From: Micavibrio sp. UBA2705
Lineage (GTDB): Bacteria; Pseudomonadota; Alphaproteobacteria; Micavibrionales; Micavibrionaceae
Length of the DNA: 64,000 nt
Assembly (NCBI GenBank): GCA_002354205.1
Contig: DELD01000002.1
Location: forward strand, 15,496-79,495
Direction: 5' to 3'
Shown: positions 28,438 to 38,091 of the stretch, in pieces
Layout of the letters: the number at the start of each line of letters is the position of its first letter
How positions within the stretch are numbered: the first letter of the stretch is position 1
The notes under the pieces: model-generated
Told to the model about the DNA's origin: nothing
Seen by the model: only the letters and a program-made list of their open reading frames with translations
Database searches by the model: none
Made by a program: the position numbers and the translations under genes

Positions 28438-30015
28438 TTATATCTTAATTTCTTCGCGCAAATAACGCTCACGCAGATGCGCCATTAAAAACTCTGGTGA
28501 TGCTTCTTTACCGGTAATATCACGCATTAATTCATGCGGCCCCAGCAAGCGTCCACGCGAATGAACATATTTATTAAGCCACGCCGTAATCGGCTGGAAA
28601 TTACCTGTGCGAATAAGCGTATAGAAATCGGGTAAGTCTTGGCGCATGGTTTGATAAAACTGCGTCGCGAGCATATGCCCAATTGTGTAAGACGGGAAAT
28701 AACCAAATTTAGCCACGAACCAATGGACATCTTGCAAAATGCCTTCGCCATGATCCTGCGGCGATACGCCAAGAAGCTCATAAGAGCTTTCCGTCCACAT
28801 CTCTGGCAGCTGTTCGACCTGAATGCGCCCTTCAATCAAATCGCGCTCCAAGCGGTAACGCAGTAAGATATGTAAGAAGTAAGTCACCTCATCGGCGCGT
28901 TTACGATCCACCGTCGGGCGCACATGCGTTTTAATCGCACACAAGTTCTCAGGGTGCAGCGTTGGGTCATGCATCGCCTTAAACAAGCCCTCAAGGCGCG
29001 GCGAAAGAAATTCAAAAAATTCTTCCGTGCGCCCGATAAGCATTTCCACAAGCAGCGCCTGCGATTCCTGCATCGCAGAGCCGAGATCAGCCGCAACAGG
29101 CTGATAACGCCAGGATTTACGCGGCAAGCCTTGAATATACAGGCCGTGCCCCGCTTCATGCATGGCGCTTTTTAAAGAATCAAGGAAGTTGGAGGTATCA
29201 ACATTTTTAATCACAAGGCGCGTATCATCGGGTGTGCCACCCTCAACAGGGTTATGGCCCGTTTGATAAAGCCCGCCGCGTTCAAAGTCAAAACCAAACA
29301 GTGCCAGCATTTCTTCATTGAGCCACATTTGCGAGTCAACGGGGTAGCTATCAGCGAGCTGTATCGGTTCAGGTTTCTGCGCTTGAAACGCCATGACTTC
29401 TGGAATTAACCCTTTAATGCTGCCTTCAAGCTGATTAAACCATTTATCAATCGTTGAATGGCTGTAACCCGGGCAATAATCTTGCAGCAGCGCATCATAT
29501 AAATCTTCACCGCCGCGGGCTTTTAATTTTTTTTCTGCGATGCGGCGTTCAACATCAACGACATTACGCAAATGTTCGCGCGCGCTATCCCAATCATGGT
29601 TTTCGAGCGCGTTACGGTGACAGCGCCGCCCTTCATTAGCGACTTTGGCATTATATTCCATTAAGTCATCATCAATAAGGCTATGTTCATCATAAACAGA
29701 TGCCATAGCGCGCAAATTCGCACGATCCCAATCATCCCAATCCGTACTGTGATTATCTTCATGGGTTAGCGCCTTATCAAGCAGGCGGCGTATATCTTTG
29801 TTCACAATATCTTGGTGGACACGCTTATACAGATACGCAATTTGGTTCAGGCGCGAGCGATATGCGCCATCAGGCATGGCGGTTAAAAAATCACGACCAA
29901 GAATTTCGCCAATCGCTTCTAAACGCCCGACATCACGAAAACGCCGTTTTAAATCCGTGTAGGCGTTACAAGGATGCAGCTGTTCTTGCTTCGTCGATTC
30001 AGTTGTCATTAACAT
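28438..30015 (-). CDS. Carboxypeptidase Taq-like metallopeptidase (M32)
   Basis: 'HEAGHGLY' zinc motif and 'LQDVHWFVAKFGYFPSYTIG' are both hallmarks of M32. Confidence 0.9.
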   Translation of the reverse strand: MLMTTESTKQEQLHPCNAYTDLKRRFRDVGRLEAIGEILGRDFLTAMPDGAYRSRLNQIAYLYKRVHQDIVNKDIRRLLDKALTHEDNHSTDWDDWDRANLRAMASVYDEHSLIDDDLMEYNAKVANEGRRCHRNALENHDWDSAREHLRNVVDVERRIAEKKLKARGGEDLYDALLQDYCPGYSHSTIDKWFNQLEGSIKGLIPEVMAFQAQKPEPIQLADSYPVDSQMWLNEEMLALFGFDFERGGLYQTGHNPVEGGTPDDTRLVIKNVDTSNFLDSLKSAMHEAGHGLYIQGLPRKSWRYQPVAADLGSAMQESQALLVEMLIGRTEEFFEFLSPRLEGLFKAMHDPTLHPENLCAIKTHVRPTVDRKRADEVTYFLHILLRYRLERDLIEGRIQVEQLPEMWTESSYELLGVSPQDHGEGILQDVHWFVAKFGYFPSYTIGHMLATQFYQTMRQDLPDFYTLIRTGNFQPITAWLNKYVHSRGRLLGPHELMRDITGKEASPEFLMAHLRERYLREEIKI

Positions 30016-30145
30016 ATACTTTATAAGATCCGCGTAGAGGGCACACGCTAACCATTATAGGCGGGAATGCGCAAAAGTCCACACAAAGCCCTGCAATTAT
30101 ATGTTTAAAACGACTTAAAAATCATAAAAGAAAACCAAAGTACGG

Positions 30146-30601
30146 TTAAGGCTTTGGCGCGATCTTCAAATCAACATATTCATACATTGCAGGAATTTCG
30201 GCGACGAACGCGAAGAAACGGATGCTTTCATCATAGCCAATGCGTGCACCCTCAACCACTATACCCTCATCATCAAGCGCAGCGATTAAACCTTGATAAG
30301 CATCATGGCTCTGCAGTGCCGTATCCTCGTTATCATCATTGGCAAAAAACTTACGTGGCGGCTTATCTTTAAAAGCGCTATTACAGGCGCGGATTAAGTT
30401 TGAAACCCCATGCTTAAATAGCGGGCGGTCTTCAAAATAAATGCGGTAAGGCACATCATTATACATCGCATCAACAAGGCCATCTATATCCGCCGCCGCT
30501 TTTGCAAATGCTTTTTGTAGGCACGCGGTTTTATAAGTTTCGAATTTCTTATCTTGCGCCTTTTGCGCGCGCTGCTTTAATGCTTTTTCTACATTACGCA
30601 T
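30146..30601 (-). CDS. Hypothetical protein (151 aa)
   Basis: ATG at 30601 is preceded by an AAGGGGAGAG RBS. No recognisable motif. Confidence 0.45.
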   Translation of the reverse strand: MRNVEKALKQRAQKAQDKKFETYKTACLQKAFAKAAADIDGLVDAMYNDVPYRIYFEDRPLFKHGVSNLIRACNSAFKDKPPRKFFANDDNEDTALQSHDAYQGLIAALDDEGIVVEGARIGYDESIRFFAFVAEIPAMYEYVDLKIAPKP

Positions 30602-30690
30602 CTTATCTCTCCCCTTTATATCATGGGAAAGATTTAACATATAAAAACAGCCTGCACAATAGCCTATCTTAGCGATAAAACTGCGCTAGT

Positions 30691-32395
30691 TTACGCCACA
30701 ATAGAGCGTATGCAGCCATCAAGTCCTTGCACATTATTATGAATTTTCTGCATATTTGCTGAAATATCATGAGTCACCGCGCTTTGCTCCTCTACCGCGG
30801 AGACAATGACGCTGATATATTCACCAACCGCATTGGTTGCCTCAGCAATTTCATTACCGCTCGTCAGAACCTCACTCGCGACCGATTGAATCCGCGCAAT
30901 TTCTTCGGATATTTGGTCAGTTGCTTTTGCGGTTTCATTGGCGAGTGATTTAACCTCCCCCGCCACGACAGCGAAGCCTTTGCCCGCATCGCCGGCGCGC
31001 GCCGCTTCAATTGTTGCGTTCAGAGCGAGCAAATTAACCTGCTCTGAAATATCACGGATCAACCCTGCTATACCCTCCATCGCGCGCGTGTTTTCATCAA
31101 GCCGCGCCATAAGCGCGCCCGCAGAAACGTTTTTTTGGATAATTTCAGCTATCGCCGTTTGTGATTTCCCCATATTTTGGCTAATTTCCTGCACTGAAGC
31201 GAGCATTTGCTCCGTCGCGCCAGCAACGGCCTCAATATTCATTGATGTCTCTGCACTGCGCTCTCCTGCCTCACGGCGAGCCTTAACCTGAGCGGTAATA
31301 TCTGTTGCATATTTGACAACGCGAAATGGCCGCCCGTTGACATCCATAATTGGATTATAACTCGCCTGTATCCATATCTCGCGCCCATCTTTACCGAAAC
31401 GTTGATATTCTGATGCCATATATTCGCCGCGCTGCAACCGCTCCCAAAACGCGCTATATTCGCCCGTGCTGGCATATTGCGGGTCTACAAAAATGCGGTG
31501 ATGCTGCCCCCTAATTTCATCTAAGCGATAACCAACAGCCTTAAGAAAATTATCATTTGCATTGACAATCTGCCCGTCCATTTCAAATTCAATCACCGCT
31601 TGCGACTTACCAATCGCTTCAATCTGGCTCGAAAAATATGCATTGCTCATTTTTTGTTCGGTGACATCCGTCGCATATTTCACCACTTTGAAAGGCTGAC
31701 CATTCGTATCAAGGATCGGGTTATAGCTTGCCTGTATCCATATTTCGCGCCCATCCTTACCAAAGCGCTGATATTCCGCCGCTGCATATTCGCCGCGGCG
31801 TAGCTTTGCCCAGAAGGATTGGTACTCTTCGCTGCGTGCATATTGTGGGTCAACAAAGATACTATGGTGCTGACCTTTAATATCACCCAGATCATAACCC
31901 AACTGCATTCAGAAAATTTGCATTAGCATCAACAACCGTCCCGTCCATATTAAACTCAATCACTGCTTGTGATTTACCAATCGCGCTAATTTGCCCCTGA
32001 TAATAAGTAGATTGCTTTTTTTGTGCGGTAATATCAGTCGCAAATTTAACGACCTTAACAACTTTGTGGTTCTGATCGAGGATTGGATTATAACTCGCCT
32101 GTATCCATACCTCTTTGCCGTTCTTACCAAAACGTTGATATTCCGCGCGGGCAAATTCACCGCTGCGCAGCTTTTCCCAAAAATGTGCATATTCTGATGA
32201 TTTAGCGTGGGCTGGTGTGACAAAAAGGCTGTGATGCTGGCCTTTCACTTCCTCCAAATCATATTCCATAGTCGCTAAGAAGTTCGGGTTGGCGTGCAGG
32301 ATATGCCCCTGCGTATCAAATTCAATTATCGCCTGTGATGAACTTAAAGCATTAAGCACATGTGATGTTTTCTGTTTTTTTGCAAACCCGATCAT
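30691..32395 (-). pseudogene. Soluble methyl-accepting chemotaxis protein with three tandem PAS domains, interrupted by a 1-nt frameshift near 31896-31900
   Basis: ORFs 31892-32434 and 30691-31908 read through one another. '...NFLNAVGL*' plus '[15 protein letters not shown]' reconstitutes the repeat consensus 'NFL.AVGY.L.EI.GQHH' if one base of the TT/GGG run is removed. C-terminus holds the MCP signalling hairpin '[35 protein letters not shown]'. No TM segment. The start at 32395 has an AAGGGGGA RBS. Confidence 0.8.
31288..32341 (-). repeat. Three tandem 366-nt (122-aa) PAS-domain repeats inside the chemoreceptor gene
   Basis: GQHH anchors at 32242, 31875 and 31509. Spacing is 367 nt (includes the frameshift base) and 366 nt. 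Each unit has 'SQA(I/V)IEF', '[18 protein letters not shown]' and 'VVK.ATDIT'. Alternate-frame ORFs are also similar between units, which shows DNA-level conservation. Confidence 0.85.
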
Positions 32396-32541
32396 GCGTA
32401 TTTCCCCCTTCGCATTAGAATAGTATGAAACCAACTTTGGTTTACACTCAAAATAATACTATAGGTTGCAATTTATTAATAAGAATATAAACCCTAAATA
32501 CAGGCGTGTGCAAAGGAAATAAATATAGAACAGAGCCTGAT

Positions 32542-33357
32542 TTAGGATGCGCGTTTATAAATATGGGCATCCGCAGGAAAGTCCCGCGCCCGTACTTCCC
32601 GCGCATAGGCAGCGGCAGCTTCGTCAATATTCTGCGCCAATTGCGCATATTGTTTAACGAATTTTGGCACATGATCTGTAAACAAGCCAAGCATATCATC
32701 GCTAACAAGGATTTGCCCCGCGCAAGCCGCAGATGCGCCAATGCCAATGGTCGGCACAGATACGCCATCAACGATGCGGCGTGCAACGCTTTCAATTGTT
32801 CCTTCAATGACAATCGCTATTACCCCCGTTTTTTCGATTAACTGCGCATCGGTAAGTAAAGACAGCCCCTCATCATCAGACTTACCTTTTATTTTATAGC
32901 CGCCTTCTTTTTCAACGCTTTGTGGTTTCAAACCAATATGCGCGAGCGTTGGGATAGATGCGTCCGCAAGCGCTTGATAAATGTCTAGCATCTCCGACCC
33001 GCCTTCAATCTTAATGGCATCACAGCCCGTTTCATCCATAACACGGCGTGCATTTTTGACAGCCAGATCTGCGTCTGTTTCATAGCTCCCATAGGGCATA
33101 TCAACAACAACAAAAGCATGTTTTACCCCGCGCATCACTGCTTTACCGTGGTTAATCATCATCTCAAGGCTCACGCCCAAAGTGTTATCCATCCCATAAA
33201 CGACCATACCGAGAGAATCGCCAACCAAAAGTAAATCACAATGCGGGTCAAGCGCCTTAGCAACAGGCGTTGTATAAGCCGTTAAGCACACTAAAGCTTC
33301 GCCCCTTTGCGGCGCGTGCATAATATATTCTTTATCTAAGCGTGCGTTTTGTGCCAT
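32542..33357 (-). CDS. panB: 3-methyl-2-oxobutanoate hydroxymethyltransferase
   Basis: 'LLVGDSLGMVVYG', 'AIKIEGG'. ATG at 33357 has a GGAGG RBS. Confidence 0.92.
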   Translation of the reverse strand: MAQNARLDKEYIMHAPQRGEALVCLTAYTTPVAKALDPHCDLLLVGDSLGMVVYGMDNTLGVSLEMMINHGKAVMRGVKHAFVVVDMPYGSYETDADLAVKNARRVMDETGCDAIKIEGGSEMLDIYQALADASIPTLAHIGLKPQSVEKEGGYKIKGKSDDEGLSLLTDAQLIEKTGVIAIVIEGTIESVARRIVDGVSVPTIGIGASAACAGQILVSDDMLGLFTDHVPKFVKQYAQLAQNIDEAAAAYAREVRARDFPADAHIYKRAS

Positions 33358-33474
33358 GTGATGACCTCCCCATAATGGTAATGCGTACATGTTCTATATA
33401 AAGGCGCATGGCATAATAAATCAAGCATACAGCCTATAAAAAGACCGATAAAAGCGTGCCACAAAAACGAGACG

Positions 33475-34161
33475 TCATCCATCTATGCCATTGCGCATCG
33501 CATAAAAACTCGCAAGGCGCGGTGCAATGGGGGCGCATGATACGGGGCTACCATGCCAGCGCGCGCTAAGATCAGCATTTTCCATCACATCTGGATGATC
33601 TGTGCCCTTAATGAAACATAAATACGTCGGAGCCGCTTCGACCACATCACAAGGCGGCACACTGATTTCACCCGATTTAAATGCACTCTCCGCAATATCA
33701 GTGTAATCTTTCAAATATAAAAGCGTGCCATCTTGCCCGATCAACGTCGCAACCATATGCGTATCACACTGGTCAATATGCGGAATAGCTGTGCGCATGA
33801 CGCTGCGGCGTGTAGGCACATAACGATGCACATCAATAAATGCGCCCTGCCCAACAACAGCATGAAATGCAGCGGCAAGCTGGTCTTCTTTTTCTTTAAT
33901 GTCCAAAATCAAGTCCTGCTGCGCCGGTAAAAGCATTTTAAACGCAGCGCGCTCAGCCGGACGCAAGAGGTTCAAATGCGCCTTACATGCATCAATCTGG
34001 TCAGCATTGAGGTGCCGCGCCGCATAATCAAATGCGTGCGCCAAAGGGGATGGTACTAAAACGGTATTGAGATTCGGGTTAGCATAGGCCTGCGCTGCGC
34101 CGTCAACATCTGACGCTACGCCGATACGGTAATCTATTGGTGAAACCAGATACGAGCCCAA
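33475..34161 (-). CDS. Hypothetical protein (228 aa)
   Basis: Long open frame with coding-like composition. No motif recognised. Confidence 0.45.
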   Translation of the reverse strand: MGSYLVSPIDYRIGVASDVDGAAQAYANPNLNTVLVPSPLAHAFDYAARHLNADQIDACKAHLNLLRPAERAAFKMLLPAQQDLILDIKEKEDQLAAAFHAVVGQGAFIDVHRYVPTRRSVMRTAIPHIDQCDTHMVATLIGQDGTLLYLKDYTDIAESAFKSGEISVPPCDVVEAAPTYLCFIKGTDHPDVMENADLSARWHGSPVSCAPIAPRLASFYAMRNGIDG

Positions 34162-34268
34162 GAATTTTCTTTCACTAAAAAATATATTTCAGCAACATAA
34201 ATACAAGGGCCAGAATATGCAAATAAATTATCTTGTGCGCCGCACAGCGCTTTATGCCAAGCCGTATA

Positions 34269-35375
34269 TTACACGCATTGCACCGAAATGCCCCACGCAT
34301 CAAGCACGCGGTCATTTTGCGCAGGCAGCCCCAATGTTACACGAATGGCACGCGGAATTTGCGCTGACATGTCACGCAAGATAATCCCATGATCCGCCGC
34401 GAGCTTCATCATCTTGGCGGGATCTTTGACTTGTACCAACAAGAAATTCGTTGCCGATGGCCAGACACGCTCAACGTCCATACTCGCATTAAGCGCCATG
34501 CTCATCCGCTCGCGCTCTTCAATAATAATCGCGCGAATATTTTTAAGCTGATGTTGGTTTTCTGGCATTAAGGCGCGCTGCACGGCATCCATTGCTGGGC
34601 GGGTCATTGGGTATGGCGGCAAGACTTTGCGTAGCATTGCAATTACAGGCTTCGCGCCAATCGCGCAGCCAAGCCGCGCCCCTGCCATTGCCCGCGCTTT
34701 TGATAAGGTGCGCAGCAAAATAAGCTGCGGGTTAAACGGCAAAAGCTGCATTAATTTTTGCGTATCGCAATATTCAATATAGGCTTCATCAACAACGACA
34801 ATCGCATTGCTTTTCTGGATCACATCGACCAGTGCTTTCTGGTCAATTTGCGCTCCTGTAGGGTTATTCGGCGAACAAAGGAAGACAACTTTCACCGTGT
34901 TGTTCGGCCCTTTCACATGGCGCAAAACTTCATCCGTCTTGAGCGAAAAATCATAAGGGTCAAGCGGCACTGAAATGACCCGCGCCCCATGTATCGCCGC
35001 ATATTGCGCATACATGCCAAAAGTCGGCGGCGTATGCAATATCGATTCATCACTTGCTGGCTGACAAAAGGTACGGATAATCACATCAATCGCTTCATCT
35101 GAACCGCGTGACATCATAATATTATCAGGCTCAACGCCATAAATTTTCGCCAAACGCTCCAACACCACAGGGGGCTGCTGCGAGTCATAACGGTTCAAAT
35201 GCACGCTACCCTGAAACGGTTCAACGGGCGATTCATTTGCATCAAGATATAGCGTTTCAACGCCGCTTTGACCTGCCCCATCACTAGCCAATGAACGCGC
35301 AGAGCTATAGGCCTTTAGAGCGCGTATATCAGGGCGCACCAATGCTAAAACATCATCAATATCCATCAAAATCAT
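34269..35375 (-). CDS. hisC: Histidinol-phosphate aminotransferase
   Basis: Class II aminotransferase. 'NPNNPTG' and PLP-lysine context 'LRTLSKARAMAGARLG'. Confidence 0.9.
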   Translation of the reverse strand: MILMDIDDVLALVRPDIRALKAYSSARSLASDGAGQSGVETLYLDANESPVEPFQGSVHLNRYDSQQPPVVLERLAKIYGVEPDNIMMSRGSDEAIDVIIRTFCQPASDESILHTPPTFGMYAQYAAIHGARVISVPLDPYDFSLKTDEVLRHVKGPNNTVKVVFLCSPNNPTGAQIDQKALVDVIQKSNAIVVVDEAYIEYCDTQKLMQLLPFNPQLILLRTLSKARAMAGARLGCAIGAKPVIAMLRKVLPPYPMTRPAMDAVQRALMPENQHQLKNIRAIIIEERERMSMALNASMDVERVWPSATNFLLVQVKDPAKMMKLAADHGIILRDMSAQIPRAIRVTLGLPAQNDRVLDAWGISVQCV

Positions 35376-35518
35376 CCTTAGTTAAATAAATGGCGAAGGC
35401 CGCTAGTGGTAAAAAATATACCACAATTCAGTAGAATGAAAAACAAAACCCGCAATAATAAAGCCCGCATAATTGCTTATACAGGCTTTAGAATTAAATA
35501 TGTATGATTATGCGCTAA

Positions 35519-37756
35519 TTAACGCATAATCGGCGCGCCATTATAATCATCAAAGCTAAACTCATTAACGTTCACCACACGCATACGCGCTTCGTAAACC
35601 GCTAGCAAGGACTTTGCTTCATCATCGCTAAGTTCGCCGAGCGTTACCGCATTGGCCACACGATCCGCGAATTGTTCATTGGGTTTAAGGCCAGATTGCT
35701 TATCTGCTTTGTGCAGTTTTTCTTCTAAGCCTTGCGCTGCAATTGAGCCCTCAAATGCAAATTTCAAGTCTGCAACTGGGCCACCTGCTTCCTTGGCAAA
35801 ATACATTTCTTCGGTAAGACGCGAAAGCGCTTCGCCATTTTGGCTTAGTGACTTTGTAATTTCGTCTTCCAAGCGCCCTGATGGTTTTTTATGGCGGTGA
35901 CCAAATGTACCAGAAAGGATTTTCAGCGGAATGCGCAAGAAAGACGATAATGGATATGTATCTTTTTGCAGCACATCATGCAAAGCTTCATTTGCTTTAT
36001 TCAAGCTGTCTTCAATCGCATAACGCACCATTGGCAGCTCAGCCTTATTCGCGCCGCGCTGTTCATATTGGCGAATAACCGCAGATGCAATGTAAAGATG
36101 CGATAATGTATCGCCAAATTTTGCAGATACACGTTCCGCAAATTTTAACTTCGCACCAAGAATTGATGATGTTGGGTTCGCAACCGCATTAAATGATGCA
36201 CTCACCTGATCAATACGGTGTGCATATTCACGCATTTCTTTGCTTAAATTTGACTTTGGTGATGTCAAACGCTTCAAGCCAAGATTGACAAATACGCTGC
36301 GCCCAAGGCTAACAAATTGTGATGCAACAAGCTTCGCCGCAATCCATGTCGCTTTAAGCGTTTTTTCTTCCTGCACGGCTTGCTGCATAGGCTGGAAGTA
36401 TGGATGTAGACGATAGCTGCCTTGACCAAAAATCAACATATTACGTGTCAGTACATTTGCGCCCTCAACCGTAATCGCAATCGGAATACCAATATACGCG
36501 GATTGTGTGTAGTTATTCGGGCCAGAGATAATCGCTTTACCCGCCTGAATATCCATACCATTGGTAACGGTTTGACGCCCCATTTCTGTCGCATGATATT
36601 TCGCAATCGCCGATGGAATAGCCGGCTTTTCACCGCTGTCAACCAATTCAAGCGTTGTGTCTTTCAGTGCGCGCGTTGCATAAGTCATGCCCGCTTGCTG
36701 TGCAATCTTCTCTGATACGCCTTGGAAGTTTTTAATCGGCGTACCAAATTGCTGACGCACTGTTGAATAAGCTGTCGTTGTGTAGGTTTGGTACTGCCCC
36801 GCAGCAGAGCCAAGTGACGGCAGCGAGTTCGCACGGCCTTCAGATAAACACTCAACCAGCATCCGCCAACCCTTACCAGCATTTTCAGGGCCGCCAACGA
36901 TAGAATCAAGCGGAACAAAGACATCCTTACCGCGCGTTGTACCGTTCATAAACGCCATATTCATTGGACGGTGGCGGTTACCAATTTCCACGCCTTCAGT
37001 CGAGGTTGGAATAAGTGAAACCGTAATCCCTGGCTTTTCGCCCTGACCAAGCAGATTTTCAGGATCCTCAAGATGGTAAGCAAGTCCAAGCACACTCGCC
37101 ACAGGTGCAAGCGTGATATAACGTTTATCCCATGAGAGGCTGACGCCAATCTCGCCTGTTTTTGGATCTTTTTTCACAATACCCTTGGCTTGGATATTAC
37201 CCGCATCAGAACCTGCATTTGGCTCAGTCAGCGCAAAACATGGCACATCTTTACCAACGGCAAGTGAAGCCAAATAGCGGTCTTTTTGTTCCTGCGTACC
37301 ATAATGTGAAAGTAATTCACCGGGGCCTAATGAATTTGGCACCATCACGGTCACAGCCGCTGTCCAGTTACGTGTCGCAATTTTCGATACCACAGCTGAA
37401 CGTGCGCGCGCAGAAAAACCGCGGCCGCCATATTCAGGTGAAATCAGCATTCCTAAGAAGCCTTTTTCTTTAATATATGTCCATACTTCCTCGGGCAAAT
37501 CGCCGGCTTGCTCAATCTCATAATCATTGAGCATCTCGCAAAGTTCTTCGGTTTCATTTTCAATGAAAGAGCGCTCTTCTGCTGTAAATTCTTCGGGCTT
37601 ATAGCCATTAATAATCGCATCCCAATTCGGCGCACCATTATAAAGTGACCCTTCAATGTCACTTGTTGTTCCCGCATCCAGAGCCTCTTGCTCCGTCTTT
37701 GATACAGGCGGCATTAAACTTTTAAGTTTTTTTAGATACAAGCTACGAATGGACAT
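35519..37756 (-). CDS. fadE: Large acyl-CoA dehydrogenase (FadE-like, with C-terminal extension)
   Basis: 745 aa. 'LTEPNAGSDAG' ACAD motif, then a ~250-aa C-terminal helical domain as in FadE-type enzymes. Confidence 0.8.
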   Translation of the reverse strand: MSIRSLYLKKLKSLMPPVSKTEQEALDAGTTSDIEGSLYNGAPNWDAIINGYKPEEFTAEERSFIENETEELCEMLNDYEIEQAGDLPEEVWTYIKEKGFLGMLISPEYGGRGFSARARSAVVSKIATRNWTAAVTVMVPNSLGPGELLSHYGTQEQKDRYLASLAVGKDVPCFALTEPNAGSDAGNIQAKGIVKKDPKTGEIGVSLSWDKRYITLAPVASVLGLAYHLEDPENLLGQGEKPGITVSLIPTSTEGVEIGNRHRPMNMAFMNGTTRGKDVFVPLDSIVGGPENAGKGWRMLVECLSEGRANSLPSLGSAAGQYQTYTTTAYSTVRQQFGTPIKNFQGVSEKIAQQAGMTYATRALKDTTLELVDSGEKPAIPSAIAKYHATEMGRQTVTNGMDIQAGKAIISGPNNYTQSAYIGIPIAITVEGANVLTRNMLIFGQGSYRLHPYFQPMQQAVQEEKTLKATWIAAKLVASQFVSLGRSVFVNLGLKRLTSPKSNLSKEMREYAHRIDQVSASFNAVANPTSSILGAKLKFAERVSAKFGDTLSHLYIASAVIRQYEQRGANKAELPMVRYAIEDSLNKANEALHDVLQKDTYPLSSFLRIPLKILSGTFGHRHKKPSGRLEDEITKSLSQNGEALSRLTEEMYFAKEAGGPVADLKFAFEGSIAAQGLEEKLHKADKQSGLKPNEQFADRVANAVTLGELSDDEAKSLLAVYEARMRVVNVNEFSFDDYNGAPIMR

Positions 37757-38019
37757 ATTATGACTCCCACTTATGATTTTATTATATTTAACCGTGCTTT
37801 GTTTTTACATTTATACGCATAAGGAAACAGGCACGGCATCTAATTATGTATATTTTTATTATTATATGACAAGACTTTGGCATTTATTTTCTGCGCGGTC
37901 AATATACAAGGCGGGCAGGCAACATAATTTTAGACAGTTTTTTTAACTTAAGGTTTTCATAAGGCGCGCGGCTAACCAAAGCACAATTTAAAGTTTTAAC
38001 AATGCCGCGCGAGTTGTGC

Positions 38020-38048
38020 TTGACATATATCGCCATCTGTACTTAATT
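38020..38048 (+). promoter_or_regulatory. Sigma-70-like promoter candidate for the ftsH-like gene (TTGACA-17 nt-TTAATT)
   Basis: TTGACA at 38020-38025, 17-nt spacer, TTAATT at 38043-38048. About 45 nt upstream of the ATG. Confidence 0.3.
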
Positions 38049-38091
38049 ATAGCTTCAAAATAATAAAAAAAGATTACAATAGGGAAATATC

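Noticed and set aside
31239-32223. Three similar same-strand alternate-frame ORFs (78, 71 and 87 aa) inside the chemoreceptor gene
   Set aside because: Their mutual similarity simply reflects DNA-level conservation of the three PAS repeats. They are out of frame with clear PAS motifs.
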